Source: Acidobacteriaceae bacterium
Lineage (GTDB): Bacteria; Acidobacteriota; Terriglobia; Terriglobales; Acidobacteriaceae
Assembly: GCA_003140075.1 (NCBI GenBank)
Contig: PLIO01000202.1
Location: 29,395-93,394 of the forward strand
Length of the DNA: 64,000 bases
Direction of reading: 5' to 3'
Shown here: positions 55,633-64,000 of the stretch, in pieces
Numbering within the stretch: position 1 is the stretch's first letter
Layout: each line of letters begins with the position of its first letter
The notes under the pieces: model-generated
The model's database searches: none
What the model was told of the DNA's origin: nothing
The model's input: the letters and a program-made list of their open reading frames with translations, nothing else
Program-made: the position numbers and the translations under genes

Positions 55633-56318
55633 AAGAGCAAGTTGTGGAGCTGCAGATCCCCGCGGAAGCCTGGTCACCTGAGCATGTTCTCCGTTGGGCG
55701 TTCGATAACTTCTCAAATTCGGTTGCGATCGCCTCGGCTTTCGGCGCCGAGGGGATGGTCCTTATCGATATGGCGTCCCGTGTACGCCAGAGTTTTCGTC
55801 TCTTCACTCTGGACACCGAATTTCTTTTTCCCGAGACCTATGACCTGATGGACCAAGTGGAACAGAAGTATGGCGTCGTGATTGAAAGGGTTCTTTCGCT
55901 CGCGTCGCCGGAGGAGCAGGAACGAGCTCATGGTCCGGCTCTCTGGCAACGGAACCCCGATCAATGCTGCAGCCTGCGGAAAGTCGAGCCGCTGCGGCGC
56001 AAGCTAGGAGAACTGCGCGCCTGGATCACCAGCATCCGCCGCGATCAAACCGCAGCGCGCGCCAGCGCCAGAAAGATCGAGTGGGACGAGAAATTTGGCC
56101 TGGTAAAGATCAACCCGATCGCCGACTGGACTTCAAAGCAGGTATGGCGACACATCTACGAGCACGACGTGCCCTACAACAGGCTGCACGACCGTGACTA
56201 TCCCAGCATCGGCTGCACTCATTGCACGCGCGCCGTGCACGCAGGCGAAGACCCAAGAGCGGGACGATGGTCTGGATCTTCTAAAACGGAGTGCGGGCTG
56301 CACATCCTCCAGCCTTAA
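55629..56318 (+). CDS. cysH: Phosphoadenylyl-/adenylyl-sulfate reductase (thioredoxin); Fe-S type, so probably APS-specific
   Basis: 229-aa ORF with an ATGA overlap with the upstream gene. It has the C-terminal KTECGLH catalytic motif plus the CC...CxxC set (DQCCSLRK and GCTHCT) that marks cluster-containing APS reductases. Confidence 0.85.
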   Translation: MKEQVVELQIPAEAWSPEHVLRWAFDNFSNSVAIASAFGAEGMVLIDMASRVRQSFRLFTLDTEFLFPETYDLMDQVEQKYGVVIERVLSLASPEEQERAHGPALWQRNPDQCCSLRKVEPLRRKLGELRAWITSIRRDQTAARASARKIEWDEKFGLVKINPIADWTSKQVWRHIYEHDVPYNRLHDRDYPSIGCTHCTRAVHAGEDPRAGRWSGSSKTECGLHILQP

Positions 56319-56347
56319 TCGCGTTGCCCAGAAGCTTTGCTCGCCTG

Positions 56348-58147
56348 ATGTATCCTCAAGGTGTGCTGGCCGGCGAAGAATACAAACAGTGTCTCAAAGA
56401 CCGCGAAAATCGTGTCGCTCGCCACGAAGCAGTTCATATTCGTCTGGGTAATATCCGCTTGGTTCTCGTCATTGTAGCCGCGGGCATAGCTTGGGAATCT
56501 CTGAGAAGGCACAGGCACACACTCTCGCCCTGGTGGATGGCTGTGCCACTGATTCTGTTCGTATTCGTCGCGGCCTATCATTCGCGCGTCCTACGAGCCC
56601 GCGACCTCGCCGAGCGTGCGGTCGCCTTCTATCGCAGAGGATTAGCCCGAATCGAAGACCGTTGGCGGGGCACCGGTGAGGCCGGCGAACGTTTCAACGA
56701 CCCTCATCATGTCTACGCGGCCGACCTCGATTTGTTTGGCCGAGGCGGTTTGTTCGAACTTCTTTCCACTGCGCGCACGCGCATCGGCGAGGAGACTCTC
56801 GCCAAGTGGCTGCTGTCGCCTTCAGCCGTGAGTCAGATTGAAGAGCGGCACGTTGCGGTTCGTGAGCTGCGTGATCAGCTCGATCTCCGGGAGGATTTGG
56901 CGGTACTCGGCGAAGATGCCCGCGTGGGAGTGTATCCGGAAGCGCTGTTGGGTTGGGCTGAGGCGCCGAACCAGATGAAGCCAGAATGGATTCAATGGTT
57001 GGCGCCTTTCCTCGGAGCAGCGGCACTTGCGGGCGCCGTGGTTTGGGGTCGCTTGGGAATCGCCACTCCGTTTCTTTTGATTGTCCTGATCGAGGCACTC
57101 ATAACCTATGGACTGCGCAAGCCGGTGGGTGAGGTGCTGCATGGTTCGGAGCAGGCACTGCGTGATCTGGGCTTGCTTTCGGGCCTCCTGGCGCGAATCG
57201 AACAGCACACCTTTCGCGCGCCGCGGTTGCACTCGCTGCAAAGCGAACTTTCTTCGCATCAGCTCCCAGCTTCCCGCGCAATCGCCCGCCTGAGAACCAT
57301 CGTTGATTTGAGCGATTCGCGCGACAACGTGTTTGTCCGCCTACTGAATGTCCCGCTCCTGTATTCGGTGCAGGTGGCGTTTGCGGCCGAACGATGGAGG
57401 CGGGCGCACGGCCACGCTGTGCGGTCCTGGCTGAGTGCGATTGGCGAAATCGAAGCGCTTCTCTGTTTGGCTGCCTACAGCTATGAACATCCTGACGATC
57501 AATTCCCCGAGTTTACGGAGGGGGTTGCATGTTTCGATGGCATAGAGATCGGACACCCACTCATCCCGGCCGGAACCTGTATTCGTAATAATGTGCGCCT
57601 ATCCGATGGCAGGCACGTCCTGCTCGTCAGCGGTTCGAATATGTCGGGCAAGAGCACGTTGCTCCGTGCGGTCGGAATCAATGTCGTGCTCGCAATGGCC
57701 GGTGCTCCGGTCCGCGCTCAGCGTCTTCGACTGACGCGGCTTCAAGTGGGTGCCAGCATCCGCGTGAACGATTCTTTGCAGGAGGGCAGTTCGCGCTTTT
57801 ATGCGGAAATCACCCGGCTCCGTAAACTTTTCGACTTTTCCAGTGATGCTCCGCGATTGCTATTCCTGTTGGATGAACTCTTGCAAGGCACGAACTCAAA
57901 CGACCGCAGGATTGGAGCAGAAGGGGTTGTTCGCGCGCTGCTGAACCGGGGAGCGATTGGATTGGTGAGCACTCACGATTTGGCCCTGGTCGATATCGGC
58001 GGCTCACTGAGTGGTCAATTGTGCAACGTCCATTTTCAGGAAGACTTTGAAAACGAAAGGATGCATTTCGATTACAAGTTGCAGGAAGGGGTGGTCACGA
58101 AGAGCAATGGACTCGCTCTCATGAGGTCGATCGGGCTCGACGTGTGA
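56348..58147 (+). CDS. Membrane-anchored MutS-related ATPase (MutS domain V only, no mismatch-recognition domain)
   Basis: ~599 aa from ATG 56348. The N-terminal half has four hydrophobic helices (LVLVIVAAGIAWESL, WWMAVPLILFVFVAAY, WLAPFLGAAALAGAVVW, PFLLIVLIEALITYG). The C-terminal half has Walker A GSNMSGKSTLLR, Walker B LFLLDELLQGTN and STHD. Confidence 0.75.
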   Translation: MYPQGVLAGEEYKQCLKDRENRVARHEAVHIRLGNIRLVLVIVAAGIAWESLRRHRHTLSPWWMAVPLILFVFVAAYHSRVLRARDLAERAVAFYRRGLARIEDRWRGTGEAGERFNDPHHVYAADLDLFGRGGLFELLSTARTRIGEETLAKWLLSPSAVSQIEERHVAVRELRDQLDLREDLAVLGEDARVGVYPEALLGWAEAPNQMKPEWIQWLAPFLGAAALAGAVVWGRLGIATPFLLIVLIEALITYGLRKPVGEVLHGSEQALRDLGLLSGLLARIEQHTFRAPRLHSLQSELSSHQLPASRAIARLRTIVDLSDSRDNVFVRLLNVPLLYSVQVAFAAERWRRAHGHAVRSWLSAIGEIEALLCLAAYSYEHPDDQFPEFTEGVACFDGIEIGHPLIPAGTCIRNNVRLSDGRHVLLVSGSNMSGKSTLLRAVGINVVLAMAGAPVRAQRLRLTRLQVGASIRVNDSLQEGSSRFYAEITRLRKLFDFSSDAPRLLFLLDELLQGTNSNDRRIGAEGVVRALLNRGAIGLVSTHDLALVDIGGSLSGQLCNVHFQEDFENERMHFDYKLQEGVVTKSNGLALMRSIGLDV

Positions 58148-58427
58148 TCGTGCCGCTCACCATTCCCCACTCTCGTCAGGAGGAGCCACCATCGGCGAAA
58201 TGCACGAGGACTCGGTTTTCTCTTGACATCGCGGCCGCTTTAAAACACCATAAGCGGTCCCTTTGAAGCGATCCACTATACCCCTGAGTTTGTGGCCTTT
58301 CCGAAGCTCGCCCGGACTCGGATCTGTGGGCGGCGGCCGGAGGCCCGACTGTCTACAATTCATCCGTGGTGAGTTGATGTCCATTCTGGCGAGCGGGAGC
58401 AACTGGCCAAGAAATGGAGATAGGACC

Positions 58428-61400
58428 ATGAGTTCAAAGTCTGGTGCGATGTGCGCGTTGTCCTTTTTTGTTCTCGTCGCGCTGCCACTCTTCGCCCAGA
58501 CCTCTGGGTCCATCACAGGCACGATCTTAGACAATACGGGCGCGGCGGTTTCCGGGGCCGGGGTTTCAGTGAGCGAACCGGCAACGGGCTTTCGCCGCAG
58601 CGCTACATCCAATGCGGACGGCGAATATTTGGTCGCCGGTCTCGGAGCCGCTACTTACGACATCACCATCACGGCGAAGGGCTTCAAGACATTTGAAGCC
58701 AAGCGGGTGATTCTCCACGTTGGCGAAAAGCTGAGAGTGGACACGAAACTGGTCATCGGCAAAGTCACGAGTGAGATCGTCGTGGAAGGAAGCTCGGTCG
58801 GCAAAGTCGAAACTCAGTCGTCGGAACTAGCCGGCACCATTAGCGGAGACCAGATCAGCCAGTTGGAGTTGAACGGACGCGATTTCACTACTCTCATCAA
58901 GTTGATTCCGGGAGTCAGCGATCAGACGGGACAGGATGACGGAACAGTGGGGCCGTCCGGCAGTGTCTCTTACGCCGTTAACGGTGGCCGCACTGAGTTC
59001 AATAACTGGCAGATCGACGGTGGCGAAGTTCTTGATACGGGCAGCAACGCAAATATCAACGTCTACCCTAACATTGACGCACTCGCCGAGGTTCGGGTAC
59101 TCACTTCCACCTACGGCGCCCAGTACGGACGCAACGGATCCGGCACCATTGAAGCCGTTACGAAATCAGGCACCAATCAGTTTCACGGCGAAGCCTTCGA
59201 GTTCATTCGTAATGCTGCGTTCAATGCGCATAACTATTTCGATCAGCCCGGCACATCGAAAACCTATTACAACAAGAATGACTTTGGATATATCGTCGGT
59301 GGCCCCATTAAGAAGGATAAGATATTTTTCTTCTGGTCGCAGGAATTCCGCCGCGAAAATGTTCCGTTCGTTTATAACAACCTGAACGCGTATCTTCCCA
59401 ACGCAACAGAGCGAGCGGGGGATTTCAGCGACGTCTGTCCCGCGCCTGGTACGCCGTTCGTAAGGGCGGGCACCACTCCTGGAGGGAGGGAGGTGGTTAG
59501 CATCGATTGCCCGGCATACACCGGGGGAGTGGATCGGGCGGGCAATAATTATTACCTTGGATTCCCCGACAACACCATCCCCGCAAGTCTACTCGATACC
59601 ACCAATACCGGCCCCATTCTTGCGAATGTTCCGCTGCCGAACGTCGGGCACGCATTTGTGGGGACTATTGCTTCGCCCACCAGTTGGCACGAAGAACTGA
59701 TCAAGGTAGACGACCAGGTTACTCCCAAATTGCGGGCGAACATCCGCTTTATTCACGATTCCTGGGCGCAGAATTACCCGATTTCGCCCTGGTCGGGATC
59801 GAGCGTGCCGGCAATCGGAGGGACGCTGCAGGGCCCCGGAATCAGCGTGGTGACAAGTTTGACCGCCGCGCTTTCGCCCACGCTGCTCAACGAATTTGTC
59901 TTCAGCTACGCCGCCAACCACTTGCATCTGTTTAATACAGGAACCGCATGGCAGCGTCGGTCCAGCATGACCATGACTGGGATTTTTGAAAACGGTTTCA
60001 ACGGAACCATTCCGGCTTTTGGAATTGGTGGTCCGAGCCATTTCAATTTCTCCGTCGATCCGGGTTATCTACCCTGGAATAACTCCAACCCCACCTATAG
60101 CTTCCATGATAATTTGACCAAGAACATAAGGCGGCACAACTTACAATTCGGAGGCTACTTCGCTGCGATCGAGAAAAACGAACCAGCGGAGGAAGAACCG
60201 AATGGAAGCTTGGGTTATTACTCGAATCCGAACACGTTTTATAACCAGCCCAACGCCTCCACTGGCCCCTATTCCAGTACGGGTAATGGTTTCGCGGACA
60301 TGCTGGTGGGGTTTATCAACACGTTCGCTCAACCTAACCTGAACCTGAAGTACTACAACCGTTACAAGGTATTTGAGCCATATTTTCAGGATGATTGGCG
60401 GGCCACTAAGAGGCTAACGTTGAACCTTGGCGTGAGAGTAAGCTTATACGGCAGCTATTATGAGCGCTACGGGAACGCTTACAATTTTGATCCCAATGCC
60501 TATGTAGCCGCCGATGCCCCGGTGGTTGATCAGAATAGCGGGGCCCTTGACTTCGGCCCGGGACAAAGCGTTTACGACATGACCGGAATGGTGCACTGCG
60601 GGTACAACGGAGTGCATAGTAGTTGCATGTCCGGTCACTTATTCAATCCGGCTCCGAGAATTGGCTTTGCTTTTGATCCGAAGGGAGACGGTAAAACCGC
60701 GATCCGCGCGGGTTATGGGATCTTTTTCGAACACGCGAATGGCAACGACGCCAATACCGAATCGCTCGAAGGCAATCCTCCCAGCATCATTGCGCCGGTT
60801 CAGTTCTACATCTCCGGCTACACGAATATAGGGGGCACGGCCGCGAGCGGACAGTCGCTTCTGTATCCGCTGGGCGGCGGTGACAGTCAGTTGACCTCCA
60901 TTACCACCACGACGCAGTGGCCCTACATCCAGCAATACCATCTCGATATCCAACGCGAACTGGCGCGGAATACCTTACTGACTGTGGCTTATGTCGGCGC
61001 CAAGGGGACTCATTTATCGCAGCAACTTGATCGCAACCAAATCCATTCCACTCCGGCCTCGCAAAATCCGTACCTGTCGGGACAAATCATTACCAGTAGT
61101 GACTGCAACAACGTATCGAATAGCCCCCCTACCCTCGGCAATGGAACTACTCCAGTCACCGGTCAGGCACTTATTAATCTCAACGTTGCCTGCGGCAATG
61201 TAAATCCCGACCTTTTCCGTCCCTACCAAGGTTATGACTCGATTTACGGCATAATCGGGGGAGCTAACTCGGAATACAACGCGCTGCAAGTCTCAGGAAG
61301 ACGGAATGCCGGTGGATTGCAGCTCACGCTCGCCTATACCTATAGCCACTCGATTGACAATTCGTCGGATCGCTACGATTCCTCGTTCGTCGACTCTTAC

Positions 61401-62054
61401 AATCTGTCTTCATATCGTGCCAGCTCCTCCTATGATCAGCGTCATATCTTAACGGTGAGCTACATCTACGATCTGCCAATTCTGCGGCACGCAATGGGCT
61501 TGATGCAGTCGCTGTTGGGAGGCTGGCAGGTTTCGGGAATTACCACCGCTCAGACGGGCGAGCCGGTAACTATCGTAAATGGCGGCACCTATGACAATGC
61601 GGGAGTTGGCAATGAGGTGGGATCGGGTTCCTATGCCGATCTGGTCGGAGATCCGCACGGCTCGAAGCCTCAGTTTAATCCGGTGCCGAACGTTGTGTAT
61701 GGTCCGCTGCTCGACAATCCCGGAGCCTACTCGCAACCCACAGGGCTTACTTTTGGCGACTCGGGTCGAAATTCCCTGGCCGGACCGGGCCGCCTCAATT
61801 TTGACATGGGATTGTTTAAGCACTTCAAGGTAAAGGAGTCGATGGCGTTGGAGTTTCGCGCCGAAGCTTTCAACATCTTCAACCATCCGCAATGGAATGG
61901 CATAAACAACACCTCTTGTGGGTTGGAAATTAACTCGGGTGCGGACGATTGTGTGAACGGCGACGACGTTGGAGATGCTCCCAACAATTTCCTGCATCCG
62001 AGTGGAGCCCACAATGGCCGGATCGGTGAATTCGGTTTGAAGTTCATCTTCTGA
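58428..62054 (+). CDS. TonB-dependent outer-membrane receptor with N-terminal carboxypeptidase-regulatory-like domain (paralog 2)
   Basis: 1,208 aa from ATG 58428 (GGAGA upstream), with the signal peptide MSSKSGAMCALSFFVLVALPLFAQT. It has the same architecture as 47179-50967 and ends FGLKFIF. Confidence 0.8.
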   Translation: MSSKSGAMCALSFFVLVALPLFAQTSGSITGTILDNTGAAVSGAGVSVSEPATGFRRSATSNADGEYLVAGLGAATYDITITAKGFKTFEAKRVILHVGEKLRVDTKLVIGKVTSEIVVEGSSVGKVETQSSELAGTISGDQISQLELNGRDFTTLIKLIPGVSDQTGQDDGTVGPSGSVSYAVNGGRTEFNNWQIDGGEVLDTGSNANINVYPNIDALAEVRVLTSTYGAQYGRNGSGTIEAVTKSGTNQFHGEAFEFIRNAAFNAHNYFDQPGTSKTYYNKNDFGYIVGGPIKKDKIFFFWSQEFRRENVPFVYNNLNAYLPNATERAGDFSDVCPAPGTPFVRAGTTPGGREVVSIDCPAYTGGVDRAGNNYYLGFPDNTIPASLLDTTNTGPILANVPLPNVGHAFVGTIASPTSWHEELIKVDDQVTPKLRANIRFIHDSWAQNYPISPWSGSSVPAIGGTLQGPGISVVTSLTAALSPTLLNEFVFSYAANHLHLFNTGTAWQRRSSMTMTGIFENGFNGTIPAFGIGGPSHFNFSVDPGYLPWNNSNPTYSFHDNLTKNIRRHNLQFGGYFAAIEKNEPAEEEPNGSLGYYSNPNTFYNQPNASTGPYSSTGNGFADMLVGFINTFAQPNLNLKYYNRYKVFEPYFQDDWRATKRLTLNLGVRVSLYGSYYERYGNAYNFDPNAYVAADAPVVDQNSGALDFGPGQSVYDMTGMVHCGYNGVHSSCMSGHLFNPAPRIGFAFDPKGDGKTAIRAGYGIFFEHANGNDANTESLEGNPPSIIAPVQFYISGYTNIGGTAASGQSLLYPLGGGDSQLTSITTTTQWPYIQQYHLDIQRELARNTLLTVAYVGAKGTHLSQQLDRNQIHSTPASQNPYLSGQIITSSDCNNVSNSPPTLGNGTTPVTGQALINLNVACGNVNPDLFRPYQGYDSIYGIIGGANSEYNALQVSGRRNAGGLQLTLAYTYSHSIDNSSDRYDSSFVDSYNLSSYRASSSYDQRHILTVSYIYDLPILRHAMGLMQSLLGGWQVSGITTAQTGEPVTIVNGGTYDNAGVGNEVGSGSYADLVGDPHGSKPQFNPVPNVVYGPLLDNPGAYSQPTGLTFGDSGRNSLAGPGRLNFDMGLFKHFKVKESMALEFRAEAFNIFNHPQWNGINNTSCGLEINSGADDCVNGDDVGDAPNNFLHPSGAHNGRIGEFGLKFIF

Positions 62055-62121
62055 GCCCTTACGGTAGATGGCATCCCCCTGGGCTCTAAGCGAATCGCGA
62101 TTCTCTGAGAAGAGGCGTGCC

Positions 62122-63228
62122 TCAATGTTGCGAAGCGTCCAGCAACTCCTTCAGATACTGCTCCCATGCCGCTGCCCACGTGTGCGTGCCGTGGCCGTGA
62201 GTTTCCTCGGAGATAGGAAGCAGGACGAAACGACCCCTCTTCACTCGTTTGATTTCGCGCTCTGCGATCCCTAGCTCCGGAGGGTTGATGAAATCGTCCG
62301 CCGAATTGACGAACATCACCGGGGCGGTGATTTTCTCGAGCTCGGGCGAAGGATCGTAGTTCCATGACGCATTCAACGCGTAAAGCAGGTCGTTGGCGTC
62401 GTGGTCCGCGCTGAACCGCTTCACGTAGTCCGCGCGCGCTGCATCGGTAGCGTCGCGGGTCGGAAAATTTCTCTGCATCTGCAGAGATGAACCCGCGGCC
62501 ATGTAGAACATCTCTGCCCCAATCTTCAGACCTGCGAGAGGTTGTGCGGCATACTCTCCGCCCTTCCAATCAGGATCGTCGCGAATGGCGTCGATCACCA
62601 TCTTGCGCCAGAGTCGATTCCGCCCCGCGATCTGCACCGGCTGGCAGGCCAAGGGCATGAGTGCGTCCATAAAGTCGGGGTAGGTCTCGCCCCAAACCCA
62701 GGAATGCATGCAGCCCATGGATGTGCCCAGGATCAGGCGCAGATGGTTCACTTTGAGTCCTTTTTCCAGCAACTCGTGCTGCGCCGCAACCATATCTCTG
62801 TAGTCGTACTGTGGAAAGTGAGCATGCATACCGTCGCTGGGCTTGCTGGATTTTCCGTGGCCGATGTTATCCACCAGAATAATGTAGTAACGGGTAACAT
62901 CGAGAAGCTGTCCCGGGCCAAATAGCACGCCCGCAAACTGTGGCGCGAGAAACTGTGCGCCGGACCCGGTCGTGCCGTGCAACAGCAGGATGGCATTCAT
63001 AACTTGGCCGTTGGTGTTGCGCACGGGAGTTCCGAACGTCGCGTAATGTATACGCAGCGCAGGCAGCGTCGCGCCCGATTTGAAATGAAAATCGGGAGAG
63101 ACGTAATCGCCTTCCTTGGGCGCGGGCAAATTACTTGGCTGTTGCGCCGAAGAAACCGCTGCGCAAGAAAGTAGGATGGCTAGAAACGCAAACCAAGACG
63201 TTCGAATGGAATATCCCATAGCTTGCAC
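62122..63228 (-). CDS. Secreted alpha/beta-fold hydrolase (MetX-like acyltransferase/esterase superfamily)
   Basis: 368-aa ORF with a signal peptide ...LLSCAAVSSAQQ and the nucleophile elbow GTSMGCMHSW. It has an HG oxyanion region (LLLHGTTGSG) and a His near the C-terminus (THGHGTH). Confidence 0.75.
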   Translation of the reverse strand: MQAMGYSIRTSWFAFLAILLSCAAVSSAQQPSNLPAPKEGDYVSPDFHFKSGATLPALRIHYATFGTPVRNTNGQVMNAILLLHGTTGSGAQFLAPQFAGVLFGPGQLLDVTRYYIILVDNIGHGKSSKPSDGMHAHFPQYDYRDMVAAQHELLEKGLKVNHLRLILGTSMGCMHSWVWGETYPDFMDALMPLACQPVQIAGRNRLWRKMVIDAIRDDPDWKGGEYAAQPLAGLKIGAEMFYMAAGSSLQMQRNFPTRDATDAARADYVKRFSADHDANDLLYALNASWNYDPSPELEKITAPVMFVNSADDFINPPELGIAEREIKRVKRGRFVLLPISEETHGHGTHTWAAAWEQYLKELLDASQH

Positions 63229-63278
63229 CGTCCTTCCGATCTGGCGCGTTGCGCCCGAGAGTCTTTACTGCGTCTTGC

Positions 63279-64000
63279 TTATCCGCGCAGCTCATACCCT
63301 GCGGCCTGGAGGCCGCTGATAATGCGCTCGCGCGCTGAATTCACTTCCTCGGTGGCTAACGTGTGATCGACCGCGCCCAAAGTTAGACGAAACGACACGC
63401 TCTTTTCGTTCGAAGGTAAAGCGTATATTCCAAGAAATTCCAGACTAACCAATTCGGCGCTACCCAATGCGTACAGTTGTTTGGCGAGAGTTCCGACAGG
63501 TTGCCGATCTGGCCCCACTATGGAAAGATCAAAGTTGCTGGTCGGAAACCGTCGTAACGGACTGTACATCTTGGCATCGGGAAGGACTGCCTTCAGCGCG
63601 TCCATCCCAACTTCCAACAACACCGCGTGCCCGCGCTCAACCAGCGCAGGACGCAGTTCAAACAGTCGACCCACCTCGCTGCCGGAACAAATGAGCAGTC
63701 CAGCCCTCTCCGGATGTTCGTAAGGGCGGGGCATGTCAACGGGGATCACTTCCATTTGCGGCACGATATATGTCGCTACCCGCTTTAGCTCGGAAATGCC
63801 TGCCACGCCGTCGCCCTCCAGGTCATAAATAGCGGCCGCAATCTGCAGCTCCTCTTTCACGTCCGTCCTTTGGACACGACGGTACTGCTTCCCTATTTCA
63901 AACAAACGAAACGAAGTGAAAAATCTGCTGTTATCAATTATGTTTGCCCAGATTCCCGGAATGAGGCTCGGTCTAAGATGACCTTGACCCGAATCAATCG
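63279..64000 (-). CDS. pheT: Phenylalanine--tRNA ligase beta subunit, C-terminal part (gene continues past the window end)
   Basis: The reading frame is open from the window edge: ...LRPSLIPGIWANIIDN..FRLFEIGKQY. This matches the conserved PheT LRxSLxPG...LFEIG block, followed by FDLSI and the C-terminal FDX-ACB domain (SVSFRLTL...). The M at 63905 in the track is an internal TTG (Leu) codon. Confidence 0.85.
   Translation of the reverse strand, partial: IDSGQGHLRPSLIPGIWANIIDNSRFFTSFRLFEIGKQYRRVQRTDVKEELQIAAAIYDLEGDGVAGISELKRVATYIVPQMEVIPVDMPRPYEHPERAGLLICSGSEVGRLFELRPALVERGHAVLLEVGMDALKAVLPDAKMYSPLRRFPTSNFDLSIVGPDRQPVGTLAKQLYALGSAELVSLEFLGIYALPSNEKSVSFRLTLGAVDHTLATEEVNSARERIISGLQAAGYELRG

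Noticed and set aside
58148-58427. A cobalamin or other riboswitch upstream of the second TonB-dependent receptor, and likewise at 46978-47178 upstream of the first.
   Set aside because: I could not find a B12-box-like core or any other riboswitch consensus by eye. Only a covariance-model search could settle this.
62092-62103. A 12-nt perfect palindrome, GAATCGCGATTC, together with a GAGCCC/GGGCTC pair between the convergent receptor and hydrolase genes.
   Set aside because: The stems are too short or the loops too long, and there is no T-tract, so I cannot call a terminator. It may be a weak bidirectional hairpin or chance.
1-64000. Mobile elements, prophage genes, CRISPR arrays, toxin-antitoxin pairs or known defence-system genes.
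   Set aside because: The translations contain no transposase, integrase, recombinase, Cas, restriction-modification or typical defence ATPase/nuclease signatures. I noticed no direct-repeat arrays in the DNA.

Overview
GC-rich bacterial chromosomal window. The gene content looks like Acidobacteriota, but that is an inference from two ~1,200-aa CarboxypepD_reg-type TonB-dependent outer-membrane proteins, a Ser/Thr-kinase/TolB-propeller fusion and a giant TPR protein. I saw no rRNA, tRNA, CRISPR array, transposase or integrase. All calls come from reading the ORF translations and the DNA by eye; no searches or folding programs were run. Blocks in order: (1) 63-9645, a nicotinate/N-heterocycle catabolic island: Mo-hydroxylase, 6-hydroxynicotinate-reductase-like protein, UPF0280, two DUF1185 paralogs, a convergent enamidase-like amidohydrolase and a nicotinamidase. 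(2) 9685-15714, Ser/Thr kinase, aldo/keto reductase and S9 peptidase. (3) 16322-31744, a six-gene translationally coupled operon whose products all appear exported: orphan beta-propeller, VIT-vWA, 2,481-aa TPR protein, unknown 569-aa protein, stand-alone PBP-fold domain and SpoIID. This is my best candidate for an undescribed cell-envelope system. (4) 31917-38304, a his operon (hisIGDCBHFA) preceded by a His-codon leader peptide and an intrinsic terminator. (5) 38386-52117, a DeoR-controlled glycan/amino-sugar utilisation locus with a TonB-dependent receptor, a TonB and a 156-nt in-frame relic of a paralogous receptor directly after the receptor stop codon. (6) 52210-56318, a sulfite reductase/siroheme/APS-reductase operon preceded by a Cys-codon leader peptide, four mutually complementary 7-mers and a very strong terminator. 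This is a putative cysteine leader-peptide attenuator. (7) 56348-64000, a membrane-anchored MutS-domain-V ATPase, a second TonB-dependent receptor, a secreted alpha/beta hydrolase and the 3' part of pheT running off the window.
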